A DNA stretch of 64,000 nt from Candidatus Eutrophovita brisbanensis (GCA_038147395.1 JAYQTM010000001.1:513437-577436); one strand, 5' to 3'. Shown: positions 7,861 to 17,945, counted from the stretch's first letter. The notes: generated from the sequence alone by a model not told the origin. Made by a program: numbers and translations.

Positions 7861-9525
7861 ATCGCTCAATACGTTTACACAATGATGGGGGTAGGGAAAG
7901 TTGTCCCTCCTAAGAAAGAGATACTTAAGAATATCTCGTTGTCTTTTTTTCCTGGAGCGAAGATTGGAGTGCTGGGTCTAAACGGTTCAGGTAAATCTAG
8001 TCTCCTTAAAATCATGGCTGGGCTGGATACTGAAATAGAGGGTGAGGCAGTCCCCATGCCTGGAATCAGAATTGGGTACTTGCCTCAGGAGCCGCAACTT
8101 GACCCAGAACACTCCGTTAGGCAAGCGGTCGAGGCGGGTTTGGGTGAAGTTTTAGACGCAAAACAAAAGCTCGATGAAATTTATGCGGCTTACGCAGAGC
8201 CCGATGCGGATTTCGATAAATTAGCAGAAGAGCAGGCTCGTTATGAGGCGATTATTGCGGCTGCAGGTTCTGATTCTGATCTCCAACTAGAAATTGCTGC
8301 TGACGCATTAAGACTACCCGAGTGGGATGCGAAGATATCGACCTTATCTGGTGGCGAAAAGCGTCGGGTCGCGATTTGCCGTCTTTTACTTTCAAAGCCC
8401 GATATGCTCTTGCTTGATGAGCCAACGAATCATCTAGACGCGGAGAGCGTTCATTGGATCGAACAATTTCTCCAAAGATTTCCTGGAACAGTTGTCGCGG
8501 TCACTCACGATCGTTATTTCTTGGATAACGCAGCGGAGTGGATATTGGAGCTTGATCGAGGTCATGGTATTCCCTGGCAAGGAAATTACTCGTCCTGGTT
8601 AGAGCAAAAAGAAAAGCGTCTTGAAATGGAGGAGAAGCAGGAATCAGCTCGAATAAAAACAATGAAAAAAGAGCTCGAATGGGTCCGGGCGAACCCGAAG
8701 GCTAGACAGGCAAAAAGTAAAGCGCGGTTATCGCGTTTTGAGGAACTCTCCTCTCACGATTATCAAAAGCGTAATGAGACACAAGAGATTTTCATACCAG
8801 TTGCCGAGAGACTTGGCGATAAGGTCATAGACTTTCAATCCGTATCCAAGGGTTTTGGGGAAAGATTGTTAATCGAAAATTTATCTATGTCGATTCCAGC
8901 TGGGGCGATCGTCGGAGTCATTGGGCCAAATGGTGCAGGTAAGTCGACTTTATTTAAATTAATAACGGGAGATGAGGCACCTGATTCGGGTGACATTACA
9001 ATTGGCGAAACGGCGAGAATAGTCTCTGTTGACCAGCTCAGAGATAAACTTCCGGATGATAAAACGGTGTGGGAGGCAGTATCTGACGGTTTAGATATTT
9101 TGACGGTCGGAAAATTTGAGATGCCGTCTAGGGCCTACCTCGGTCGCTTTAATTTCAAAGGAAGTGATCAGCAAAAGGTTGTGGGTTCACTTTCTGGCGG
9201 AGAGCGTGGTCGGTTGCATCTTGCAAAAACTTTGATCGAGGGCGGCAACGTACTTTTGTTGGATGAGCCTTCAAATGATTTGGACGTAGAGACACTTCGT
9301 GCGTTGGAGGACGCCTTGCTGGAATTTGCTGGTTCAGTCTTGGTGATTTCGCACGATCGTTGGTTTTTAGACCGCATTGCAACTCATATCCTTGCTTTTG
9401 AAGGTGAGTCGCATGTCGAATTCTTCGCAGGGAATTATCAGGAATACGAGGAAGAAAAGAAACGGCGGCTTGGCGAAGAGGGTGCTAAACCAAAGCGTAT
9501 ACGATACAAATCATTGCAAGCATAG
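7861..9525 (+). CDS. ettA: energy-dependent translational throttle protein EttA (ABC-F ATPase)
   Basis: It is colinear with E. coli EttA and has two Walker A motifs (GLNGSGKSS, GPNGAGKST) and two LSGGE signatures. The conserved N-terminus AQYVYTM is encoded upstream of the first ATG (7882). AAGGAG at 7848-7853 points to ATC 7861 as the initiation position. Confidence 0.93.
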   Translation: MAQYVYTMMGVGKVVPPKKEILKNISLSFFPGAKIGVLGLNGSGKSSLLKIMAGLDTEIEGEAVPMPGIRIGYLPQEPQLDPEHSVRQAVEAGLGEVLDAKQKLDEIYAAYAEPDADFDKLAEEQARYEAIIAAAGSDSDLQLEIAADALRLPEWDAKISTLSGGEKRRVAICRLLLSKPDMLLLDEPTNHLDAESVHWIEQFLQRFPGTVVAVTHDRYFLDNAAEWILELDRGHGIPWQGNYSSWLEQKEKRLEMEEKQESARIKTMKKELEWVRANPKARQAKSKARLSRFEELSSHDYQKRNETQEIFIPVAERLGDKVIDFQSVSKGFGERLLIENLSMSIPAGAIVGVIGPNGAGKSTLFKLITGDEAPDSGDITIGETARIVSVDQLRDKLPDDKTVWEAVSDGLDILTVGKFEMPSRAYLGRFNFKGSDQQKVVGSLSGGERGRLHLAKTLIEGGNVLLLDEPSNDLDVETLRALEDALLEFAGSVLVISHDRWFLDRIATHILAFEGESHVEFFAGNYQEYEEEKKRRLGEEGAKPKRIRYKSLQA

Positions 9526-9604
9526 TCGCGAGAGGGATGCTATCTCTTAAGCTAAATCCACTTTTCATTCACGTAAATTCATCGCACTAGACGACGGGAG
9601 ATCG

Positions 9605-10243
9605 ATGAGCTATATCAATCTGATAAGGCGCGCTATTTTGATGGCGCTCTTGGTAAGCAGTTATGTAAATACTAATGCGGCACAGACTGGCTTTATCGGT
9701 GATCCTGAGTTAGAGACAGTTGAAGATTCGTTCGTTGTCGAGTACAAGACCAAAAACGAGCTTATCTATCATCAATCCAACGGTAGAGTGTGGATCGTTC
9801 CAGCAAGTAGCCTGATCGATGGAAGAGGTTTCCCTAGGCTCTACACGGACGTCTATGGACAAGCGCTTAAGTCGGAATATATCAAAAGCGCTATTTTTTA
9901 CGACTACGCTGTGAAGAGTAAGCATCACCCATGGCGTGCCGCCCAAGAGATGTTGTATGAGGGAATGCAGTTAGAGTCTGCGAGCCGAGCGGATGCGAAT
10001 GTGGTGTTGATGTTACTCAGAGCGACTGGTACTCGTTGGGCTCATGATGGCCCCAACAATTGTTTCTCGAGGTGTCATGGACCCGATGCGAGACTAGAAT
10101 GGAGACCAGTTGTGAATGATCGTGACGTACTCGGATTGATACAGTGGGCACATGACGACAATTTGACACTCGAGGATATCGAAGAGCGTGTCAAGACGGT
10201 GATATTAGAAGAGGGACCACATAGCTCAATTGGTATTCGATGA
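9605..10243 (+). CDS. hypothetical secreted protein, possibly DUF1353-like
   Basis: 212 aa with GGGAG upstream and an N-terminal signal-like segment (AILMALLVSSYVNTNA). The central pattern WIVPASSLIDGRGFP...FYDYA loosely recalls DUF1353. Confidence 0.55.
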   Translation: MSYINLIRRAILMALLVSSYVNTNAAQTGFIGDPELETVEDSFVVEYKTKNELIYHQSNGRVWIVPASSLIDGRGFPRLYTDVYGQALKSEYIKSAIFYDYAVKSKHHPWRAAQEMLYEGMQLESASRADANVVLMLLRATGTRWAHDGPNNCFSRCHGPDARLEWRPVVNDRDVLGLIQWAHDDNLTLEDIEERVKTVILEEGPHSSIGIR

Positions 10244-10351
10244 CCATAGTGACTAAAGTTTTAATCAAATGGCGCCGAAATCGTTGTTGGCTTTTGTAAT
10301 TGCATTCGTTTTTGGGGCTTTTAACCCAATTTGGTCTATGGGCCGACTCTT

Positions 10352-11269
10352 TTAATCTAATTTTGATCCGAGGGTGACTACGCCAACGCTGATGGTCAAT
10401 AAAATCACTGCAATAATTTGACCTCTCTGAAGCTGTTCTTTAAATAGTCTTACGGAGATCACGTAACTGATTAAAACTTCGATGAGCGCCAGTGTTCTGA
10501 CGTGGGCAATAGGCTCGATTGCCATCGCAGTGAACCAACCAACCGAAGCGCACGCGCCCGAGATTCCGACAACTGAGGATTTCCTCCACGTAGAAAAAAT
10601 ACGAGTGAGAAGTCCTCGTTTGTACTTTAAAAAATACAGTGTCATCAAAACCGTTTGAAGGACTTGCGAGACGACGACGCTAAACGCGGCTGTGAGTAGG
10701 AAATCACTTCCTAAACTGATTGTCGCGCCTTTAAAACCAACGGTCGATATTGCAAATGCTGCTCCTGACGCTAACCCATACATGGCTGCGCGCGATCGTA
10801 GGTTGCCGAGAATCGAGGAAGAGCCGGATTGTTGTAGTGATAAAGTGAGTACCGAGATTGTTGCTATTGTGACCGCGAGTACTGTCGTGGCTTCAATTGA
10901 TTCAGCTAAAAACACGATCCCAAATACGGTGACTTGTAGAACTTCCGTCTTAACATAAGCTGTGGCCAGCGTGAAGTGCTCTCCATCCATGGCTTTCAAC
11001 ATCAACGCAGTACCCATGATTTGACTGATTGATCCTACTAACAGCCATGCGAAATAGTGAAAACTAAAAATGAAATCGGAGGGAGGTTTGATGAAAAAAA
11101 GTATCGCAAGCCAAACAAACGCGAACGGTATTGCAAAGACAAACCGAACGAAGGTCGCACCAAGCGTCCCAATCTCCCCTTGTAGCTGGCGTTGGGAGGC
11201 ATTACGAGCGACCTGAGCTCCTGACGCAAACAGCGTGATCGGGATCCAGAGCCACCAAGTTCCCGTCAT
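10352..11269 (-). CDS. DMT-superfamily (EamA-like) transporter
   Basis: 305 aa and highly hydrophobic, with about 10 predicted TM helices arranged as two repeats. Confidence 0.8.
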   Translation of the reverse strand: MTGTWWLWIPITLFASGAQVARNASQRQLQGEIGTLGATFVRFVFAIPFAFVWLAILFFIKPPSDFIFSFHYFAWLLVGSISQIMGTALMLKAMDGEHFTLATAYVKTEVLQVTVFGIVFLAESIEATTVLAVTIATISVLTLSLQQSGSSSILGNLRSRAAMYGLASGAAFAISTVGFKGATISLGSDFLLTAAFSVVVSQVLQTVLMTLYFLKYKRGLLTRIFSTWRKSSVVGISGACASVGWFTAMAIEPIAHVRTLALIEVLISYVISVRLFKEQLQRGQIIAVILLTISVGVVTLGSKLD

Positions 11270-11287
11270 GCCAGCTCGAAAAGGTTT

Positions 11288-12046
11288 CTATCCTCGGCCA
11301 ACGAAAGGCATTTTGGTCGCCATGATCGTCATGAATTGGACATTCGTGTCTAGGGGCAGATTGGCCATATGGAGTGCTGCAGAGGCTACTTCTTTCACGT
11401 CCATCATTGCCTCCGCCTTAATCGTTCCATCTGCTTGTGGGACTCCTTTTGCCATTTTGGCAGCTAGCTCTGTCATTGCGTTGCCAATATCAATTTGTCC
11501 GCAAGCGATATTGTATTTTCTCCCGTCAAGAGACGCTGATTTCGTAAGCCCCGTGACCGCGTGTTTTGTAGCGGTGTACGGGATTGAATTCGGGCGAGGA
11601 GCGTGTGCAGAAATAGAACCGTTATTGATGATGCGACCGCCCTGAGGTTGTTGGTCTTTCATGATTCGAAAAGCTTCCCGAATACAAAAGAACATTCCAT
11701 TAAAGTTGACATTGACGATCGTGGTCCACTGCTCGTCCGATAGATCTTCAAGTAAAACCGGTGGTGCATTCATTCCTGCGTTATTGAACAGGACATCGAG
11801 TCGTCCAAACGATATTTTGGTTTTTTCAAATAGTTCACGCACGGCGTTAGGGTCAGACACATCGGTCGGTACAGCGAGTGCATTATCTTTGTTTGGTGAA
11901 GACAAACTGACGGTCTCATTCAACGCATCTTCTCGCCTTCCTGCTAGCACCACCTTGTAATCGTTTGCTAGAAATTCTAGCGCGACTGCTCTACCAATTC
12001 CGCTTCCTGCCCCAGTTACTAGGGCTACTTTGTCGTGTCCAGACAT
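11288..12046 (-). CDS. short-chain dehydrogenase/reductase (SDR)
   Basis: It has the cofactor motif [14 protein letters not shown], and the catalytic Y-x3-K (YTATK). 252 aa. Confidence 0.9.
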   Translation of the reverse strand: MSGHDKVALVTGAGSGIGRAVALEFLANDYKVVLAGRREDALNETVSLSSPNKDNALAVPTDVSDPNAVRELFEKTKISFGRLDVLFNNAGMNAPPVLLEDLSDEQWTTIVNVNFNGMFFCIREAFRIMKDQQPQGGRIINNGSISAHAPRPNSIPYTATKHAVTGLTKSASLDGRKYNIACGQIDIGNAMTELAAKMAKGVPQADGTIKAEAMMDVKEVASAALHMANLPLDTNVQFMTIMATKMPFVGRG

Positions 12047-12163
12047 TGTTAAATTACCTCTACAATATTGCTTAGTTTCGTTTAGGATTGCAGGACTGTA
12101 TCACATGTTTTTTTGCTACCCCATCTTCACTCACTCGAAAGATTTCTGTTCTAGGCTACTTTC

Positions 12164-12598
12164 ATGGCGATAACGCAACCTTTTCACTTGGCGTTCCCTG
12201 TGCACTCCCTAGAGGAGGCACGTCGTTTTTATGGTGAGATACTTGGTTGTCCCGAGGGTAGATCGAGTCACGAATGGATCGATTTTGATTTTTATGGGCA
12301 TCAGATTGTCGCCCATTTAGATGTCAATCATGCGGTAGACAAAGGTGCAAACAGGGTCGATGGTGATGATGTTCCATTAAGGCATTTCGGTGTCGTTCTA
12401 GATATGAAGAATTGGTATGAATTAGAACAAAAACTTAAAAATGCTTCTGTGGATTTTTTGATTAAACCCCGCGTTCGTTTTAAAGGTCTGGCGGGTGAGC
12501 AAGCGACGATGTTTGTGAGGGACTTTAGTGGTAATGCCTTGGAATTTAAAGCGTTTAAGGACCCATCTATGTTGTTTGAAAAAACGCTCAACAACTGA
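12164..12598 (+). CDS. VOC-family (glyoxalase/bleomycin-resistance/dioxygenase fold) protein
   Basis: 144 aa. The N-terminus FHLAFPVHSLEEARRFYGEILGC...GHQIVAHL is typical of the VOC fold. Confidence 0.7.
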   Translation: MAITQPFHLAFPVHSLEEARRFYGEILGCPEGRSSHEWIDFDFYGHQIVAHLDVNHAVDKGANRVDGDDVPLRHFGVVLDMKNWYELEQKLKNASVDFLIKPRVRFKGLAGEQATMFVRDFSGNALEFKAFKDPSMLFEKTLNN

Positions 12599-12632
12599 GA
12601 CAATCGACCTGGATAACAAGGGAGGATGACCG

Positions 12633-13730
12633 GTGGAGTGGATTTCTAGTCTAACCCACATGCTTGGGGGGAGCCTTAACTGGCAACTTCAAGTGTTTTT
12701 TATCGTTTTGGCGACTTTGATCATGGGAGCCTTTTCTCGTCGCATCGTGATCAAATTGGGCACCAAGACTCGGTCTACAGAGAACGTATTGGATGATGCG
12801 TTTTTTGAGTCATTAGTTGGTCCGACACGAGGACTCATTTGGATTCTCGGTTTGTCGATTGCAGCGTACATTGCCGGAGTTCACACCGACTCTGTCATTT
12901 TCGAGAGTGTTCCTACCGCGCGCAACGTCGGTATCCTAGCGATGTTGACCTGGTTTTTACTGCGCTTTGTCAACATATATGTCGCCTTATATATTGAATC
13001 TAAGACCTTGAAGGGAGAGTCATTTGATAAGACGTTGATAGAAGGCTTGGGTAAGCTTTTTCGTGGCGCGGTACTGATCACGATGGGTTTGATTGTGCTT
13101 CAAACTTTGGGAATCAACATCGGTGGTTTGTTAGCTTTCGGTGGCGTTGGCGGGATCGCGGTCGGTTTAGCAGCGAAGGACTTACTGGCGAACGTGTTTG
13201 GCGGGTTTACAATTTATTTTGATCGACCGTTCAAGGTCGGAGACTGGATTCGATCGCCAGACCGTGACATTGAGGGTGTCGTTGAGGAAATAGGTTGGCG
13301 CGTTACGGCCATTAGGACTTTTAATAAACGCTTACTCTATGTACCCAATTCTGTGTTCACAACGATTGCGCTCGAGAATCCATCGCGGATGTCTCATCGA
13401 AGAATTTACGAAAATATAGGTGTTCGGTACGACGATGTATCTGTACTTCCAAAAATATTAGAGAGTGTGAGGCAGTATCTGAACGACAACACGGATATTG
13501 ATCAAAACCAAACAAAGATGGTCAACCTCAACGAGTTCGCCGAATCATCGGTTAATTTCTTTATTTATGTGTTTACTAAAACAACTGTTTGGGCTGAGTA
13601 CCACGCAGTCAAAGAGCAGGTCATGTTTGAGATCAGTCGGATTATCGAAGCGAATGGGGCTGAGATGGCTTTCCCCACCAGGACACTTCACATTCCTGAT
13701 CATGTGAAAACGACCACTGAGCGAGCGTAA
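12633..13730 (+). CDS. mechanosensitive ion channel, MscS family
   Basis: 365 aa with N-terminal TM helices followed by the conserved MscS beta-domain (PFKVGDWI...GVVEEIGWRVTAIRTFNKRLLYVPNS). Confidence 0.9.
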   Translation: MEWISSLTHMLGGSLNWQLQVFFIVLATLIMGAFSRRIVIKLGTKTRSTENVLDDAFFESLVGPTRGLIWILGLSIAAYIAGVHTDSVIFESVPTARNVGILAMLTWFLLRFVNIYVALYIESKTLKGESFDKTLIEGLGKLFRGAVLITMGLIVLQTLGINIGGLLAFGGVGGIAVGLAAKDLLANVFGGFTIYFDRPFKVGDWIRSPDRDIEGVVEEIGWRVTAIRTFNKRLLYVPNSVFTTIALENPSRMSHRRIYENIGVRYDDVSVLPKILESVRQYLNDNTDIDQNQTKMVNLNEFAESSVNFFIYVFTKTTVWAEYHAVKEQVMFEISRIIEANGAEMAFPTRTLHIPDHVKTTTERA

Positions 13731-13748
13731 CAAGATACCGCAGCATGG

Positions 13749-14543
13749 CTAATTGCCGATTTGTCTCACAAATCGCGCTTGGTCTGTAGCGGCGCTGAGC
13801 AAGAGAGTCACGTCGTTACCAGCAAGAATCATCTTGACACCATGTTTGATGTATTTAGTCAGCAGTGTTTGGTCATAAACGCCCCCAAGTCCTGCCCATT
13901 TACCATGCTTAACGCAGGCGGCAACCATGGTTTCGATACACTCGGTTACCTTGGGGTGGTCAATTTCTCCGGGGATCCCAAGCTCTAGACATAGATCATT
14001 GGTTCCCATTAATAATGCATCAATACCAGGGGTCGCTGCGATCATATCGACGTTTTCAATCGCCTTGGGCGTTTCCATCATTGCGACGAGCAAGGTGTTA
14101 TCGTTTAATTGCTGCGTTGTTTCCTTGGCTGGTTTAGATTGAAAATTGAAGTGGGCGTAATTTCCAGCAATTGATCGCTTCCCGATGGGGTTAAAGCGGA
14201 AGGCTTCTACCATTTTTTTTGCTTGTTCAGGCGTGTCAACGTGCGGCATTACGATACCTTGTGCCCCTGCATCGAGACATCGTGTCCCAAGATTTAAATC
14301 TCCTTGAGGCACTCTTACAATTGGCGCGATTCCTGTTGAAAGAGCGGACACACAAATTGAGGCCGCATTTTCGACCGATGTCGCCCCGTGTTCAAGATCT
14401 ATGAATAACCAATCAAATCCTGCACTTTTCATGATTGGTGCGATTTCAGGTCCCCTCACATGTCTTACGCCAATTCCAATGGCGAGTTCATTAGCGGTTA
14501 ATCTCTCTTTAGCTGCGTTTTTCATATCTCCCCCCGATGGCAT
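13749..14543 (-). CDS. HpcH/HpaI-family 2-keto-3-deoxy-acid aldolase
   Basis: Motifs are FDWLFIDLEHG, GAQGIVMPHV, METPKAIEN and LLMGTNDL. An alternative start at 14525 has a G-rich Shine-Dalgarno sequence. Confidence 0.85.
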   Translation of the reverse strand: MPSGGDMKNAAKERLTANELAIGIGVRHVRGPEIAPIMKSAGFDWLFIDLEHGATSVENAASICVSALSTGIAPIVRVPQGDLNLGTRCLDAGAQGIVMPHVDTPEQAKKMVEAFRFNPIGKRSIAGNYAHFNFQSKPAKETTQQLNDNTLLVAMMETPKAIENVDMIAATPGIDALLMGTNDLCLELGIPGEIDHPKVTECIETMVAACVKHGKWAGLGGVYDQTLLTKYIKHGVKMILAGNDVTLLLSAATDQARFVRQIGN

Positions 14544-14544
14544 T

Positions 14545-15396
14545 TCACTCTGGTTTTCTAGGATCTAACGTGGTGCAACGCCGGATGGTTCTTCCCTCCG
14601 TTGTGGCATCGTAAGCGGTGACCTTATGTAATAAACATCGGTTATCCCACACTAAAAGATCGCCGATTGCCCATTTGTGTCGGTAGGTGAGATCCTCATG
14701 AATAATGAGTTCGTTGTTTAGCTCTTCAATCCAGAGTCTTCCGGTTTCATAGTTCATACCTACAATGTGCTCGGCGTGATCACCGAGGAAGATGGTCTTC
14801 TTTTTTGTGTCTGGATGTGTGCGAATGATCGGGTGATCAACTGAGGGTGTTGATTTTTTCTGTTTCTCCGTCATGGGTTGTTCGCCATGTCTTCGATTGC
14901 GAGAGAAATCCAGACTGTGCGCAGCACGTTTTCCATCTAATCTATGTATCCACAGTGATGGGAGACGGTCATACGCACGATACATATCACAAAAATGAGT
15001 CTCCCCCCCGCGTGTGGTTGCACGCTCGCAGAAGATAATCGTTGCTCCCCCTGTTAATGGCTGCCATGACGCGTCTGTGTGCCAGGCGTGAGTCCCTTTA
15101 TCCGGGAATTTTCCATTGGGCTTACCGTCTTCACCTATGTTACTTAATCGATAGAGTTCGGGGTGCTCGGATTCATGATACTGGTTCATCACGTGAATTT
15201 GCAGCTCGCCAAATATTTTTCCAAATCGCACATGATCGTCAGGACTCAGATCCTGTCCTCTGAAGTACAGAAGCTGATGTGTGAGGAAAAGCTTTTTGAT
15301 CGTTTGCTCGATCTCTGGGGTCATCGCATCACGCAAGTCCAACCCGAGAATCTCTGCTCCAAAATGCTCGTTTAATGGTTCAGTTTTTAGCAGCAT
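14545..15396 (-). CDS. TauD/TfdA-family Fe(II)/2-oxoglutarate dioxygenase
   Basis: 283 aa with the H-x-D motif in AWHTDASW and a distal His in CLLHKV. Its stop lies 1 nt upstream of the aldolase ORF start. Confidence 0.9.
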   Translation of the reverse strand: MLLKTEPLNEHFGAEILGLDLRDAMTPEIEQTIKKLFLTHQLLYFRGQDLSPDDHVRFGKIFGELQIHVMNQYHESEHPELYRLSNIGEDGKPNGKFPDKGTHAWHTDASWQPLTGGATIIFCERATTRGGETHFCDMYRAYDRLPSLWIHRLDGKRAAHSLDFSRNRRHGEQPMTEKQKKSTPSVDHPIIRTHPDTKKKTIFLGDHAEHIVGMNYETGRLWIEELNNELIIHEDLTYRHKWAIGDLLVWDNRCLLHKVTAYDATTEGRTIRRCTTLDPRKPE

Positions 15397-15401
15397 CTCA
15401 G

Positions 15402-16277
15402 TCAGGTTGATTTATTTGCCACAATTCGAACGCCACCCAGTTCACGCGTTTGGTATCGGTTGACAAAGAAGGAGTAGGCGCGGTCCCATTCAATCGCCCT
15501 CGCTTCGCCGTGAACCGCAGTCGTTTTTTGCTCTAATCCACGGTACATTTCTAATCTCTTGACTAATATCCGAGCCCATTCATCTGTTAAATCTGACGCT
15601 TCTTTGATAGTGAATCCATGATGTTCAAGAATAGAAACGTAGTCATTAATCGAAGCAAGTCCTTGAAATGTCATCTCGTGACCCAAACGCTCTAACGTGC
15701 GATCCGTAGCTGCGTCGTGTTTGACAATGTCAGTAAAGGCAAGAGTTCCCCCCGTTCCCATCACTCGTGAACACTCGGAGATCAACTGATTCTTATCGCT
15801 AATGTGACACCAAGCCTCTTGTGCGACGATGATGTCAAATTCATTATTATCAAACGGCATCTCGGTTGCATCGCTTTGAATGAATGTCACTTTATCGGAT
15901 AAGCCCACCATTTCAGTGAGCTTAATTGCCGTTTTTCGACGCGTCTCGGTAAAATCAATGCCGGTAACACAGCAGCCATACTGATCAGCAAAGAATCTCG
16001 AGGGGCCTCCAACCCCAGAGCAGACATCAAGCACAGCACTCTCGGCGTTCATCTGACTGAGTTGTGCCAGTGTCCTAGTCGCCTCCAGTCCGCCGAAATG
16101 ATCCTGATCGAAAGCAAACAAATGATGTGGTCTGAGAGGCTCATCTCTTAGATCGAGACTCTTAATTGCATCCATAATTTGAGATTCATTAATTGGATGC
16201 GAGTCGTAATATTGGATGACTGTGTTATCGGGCAAACGAGTGTGTATTCTTGGTTGAAACATTTTTTGTTCAGGCAT
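15402..16277 (-). CDS. class I SAM-dependent methyltransferase (resembles sarcosine/dimethylglycine-type N-methyltransferases)
   Basis: Motif I is VLDVCSGVGGPSRF, followed by VTGIDF and FDIIVAQEAWCHI...GGTLAFTD. Confidence 0.85.
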   Translation of the reverse strand: MPEQKMFQPRIHTRLPDNTVIQYYDSHPINESQIMDAIKSLDLRDEPLRPHHLFAFDQDHFGGLEATRTLAQLSQMNAESAVLDVCSGVGGPSRFFADQYGCCVTGIDFTETRRKTAIKLTEMVGLSDKVTFIQSDATEMPFDNNEFDIIVAQEAWCHISDKNQLISECSRVMGTGGTLAFTDIVKHDAATDRTLERLGHEMTFQGLASINDYVSILEHHGFTIKEASDLTDEWARILVKRLEMYRGLEQKTTAVHGEARAIEWDRAYSFFVNRYQTRELGGVRIVANKST

Positions 16278-16289
16278 CTCTCGACATGG

Positions 16290-17945
16290 TCAAACGTGGC
16301 TTAACACGTCGACCTCGATCAAATGTGTTCCCCCGTCAGATGCGCAGGATTTAATTGTCGCCTCCAGCTGCTCTGGGAGATGAATTTTTTGCGCGTTGAT
16401 ACCCATTGATTGAGCTAATTTAACGAAGTCGATTTCCGGATCGTTGAAGTCCATACCAATAAATTTGTCTGTTCCTCGAAACGATTTAAGTCGTTGTTTG
16501 ATAATTCGATACCCTTTATTGTTGGCGATGACATAGGTTATGGGGAGCTTCATGTGTGCCGCAGTCCACAACGCCTGAATGCTATACATCGAGCTACCAT
16601 CACCGATGAGCGCGATGACGGGACGATTGGGTTGAGCAAGAGAGATGCCGATGGCTCCAGCCATCGCGAAACCAATGCCGCCTGAAGCCAGCCCGAAATA
16701 ACTTTGATGATCTTTCATCGAAAGATAATTTAATAAGTTTACCGATGAACTCAGTGCCTCCTCAACGACGATTGAATTTTCCGGTATCGCGTTCACCAAC
16801 GATAGGATGAGTTTATTTGGGTGCATTTGAGAGCCGTTGGTCAGCTTCGCGGTGTCAGCAGCCCAGGTAAGTCGTTGAGTTGACCAATTGACCGCTTTGA
16901 TTGCTTCAATGCGATTGTGTGCTGCTAGTTTTTGGTCACTCGTCATCAGGGAGTCGAGGCTACGATTGAGGGCGCTCGTCGTTTCCATTACGTGTGCGCG
17001 AATGGCGACCTCTGCAGGGTAATTTTTACCAAGCTCATGATCACGCTCGGATATTTGAAGAATTTTTATATGCTTTGGTAACGGATCGATATCGCTGTAC
17101 ACGGACATTCTGAGAACATCGGAGCCAAGAAACAAGACGATGTCATAGGGATCAAGTTGTGCTCGGCACGTTGACTGGTTTCTTGATAATGCGCCCATAA
17201 ACGTCGCGTGTTCGCTCTTAAACTGAGCTGAGTACGGGATGGTTTGTTGAAATACTGCTGCACCTAAACGCAACGCCAGTTCTGCAGCCATATCGAGACA
17301 ATTAGTTGTGGATACTTCGTGCCCGACGACAATGGCTGGGTTCTGTGCAGCTAAGAGTCGCTGGCTAAAATCATGCAAAACATCCATCGCGGGTACGACT
17401 CTCGTACTGACTCGTGTCGGATTCCCGATGTTGATGTCCTCCGTAGCGTCGAGCACGTCGCCAGGTAAACTTATAAAGACGGGTCCAGTCGGCGGTGTGA
17501 GCGCTATTTTAGATGCTCGGTGGATGATTCGAGGAAGATCAGAGAGTCTCGTGCACTCGGTGGCCCACTTTACGAGTGGTTGTGCAATTGGGACAAGCGG
17601 GTCGTAGAGCATCGGCTCAGTTAGTCCGTGTCCTTGCTCCTGTTGACCGGCAGTGATGAGAACTGGAGAGCCATAGAATTTTGCGTTGTAAATGGATCCC
17701 ATTGCATTACCAAGGCCTGGAGCGACATGGACATTGGCGGCTGCCAATTCTCCTGACGCACGAGCATAACCGTCTGCCATTCCGACCACGATACTTTCTT
17801 GGAGACCAAGCACGTACTGAATATCATTTTGGTTACCTAAAGCTTGCATGATCGCGAGCTCTGTGGTGCCGGGGTTACCAAATAAGAATTTAATGCCCTC
17901 CGATTTCAGTAATTCCAAAAATGCGTCGTATCCTTTGATATCCAT
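16290..17945 (-). CDS. thiamine-diphosphate-dependent enzyme, benzoylformate-decarboxylase-like branch
   Basis: 551 aa. The N-terminus FLFGNPGTTELA...GMADGYARASG aligns with BFD-type enzymes as I recall them. The ThDP motif is GDGSSMYSIQALWTAAHMKLPITYVIANN. Confidence 0.9.
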   Translation of the reverse strand: MDIKGYDAFLELLKSEGIKFLFGNPGTTELAIMQALGNQNDIQYVLGLQESIVVGMADGYARASGELAAANVHVAPGLGNAMGSIYNAKFYGSPVLITAGQQEQGHGLTEPMLYDPLVPIAQPLVKWATECTRLSDLPRIIHRASKIALTPPTGPVFISLPGDVLDATEDINIGNPTRVSTRVVPAMDVLHDFSQRLLAAQNPAIVVGHEVSTTNCLDMAAELALRLGAAVFQQTIPYSAQFKSEHATFMGALSRNQSTCRAQLDPYDIVLFLGSDVLRMSVYSDIDPLPKHIKILQISERDHELGKNYPAEVAIRAHVMETTSALNRSLDSLMTSDQKLAAHNRIEAIKAVNWSTQRLTWAADTAKLTNGSQMHPNKLILSLVNAIPENSIVVEEALSSSVNLLNYLSMKDHQSYFGLASGGIGFAMAGAIGISLAQPNRPVIALIGDGSSMYSIQALWTAAHMKLPITYVIANNKGYRIIKQRLKSFRGTDKFIGMDFNDPEIDFVKLAQSMGINAQKIHLPEQLEATIKSCASDGGTHLIEVDVLSHV

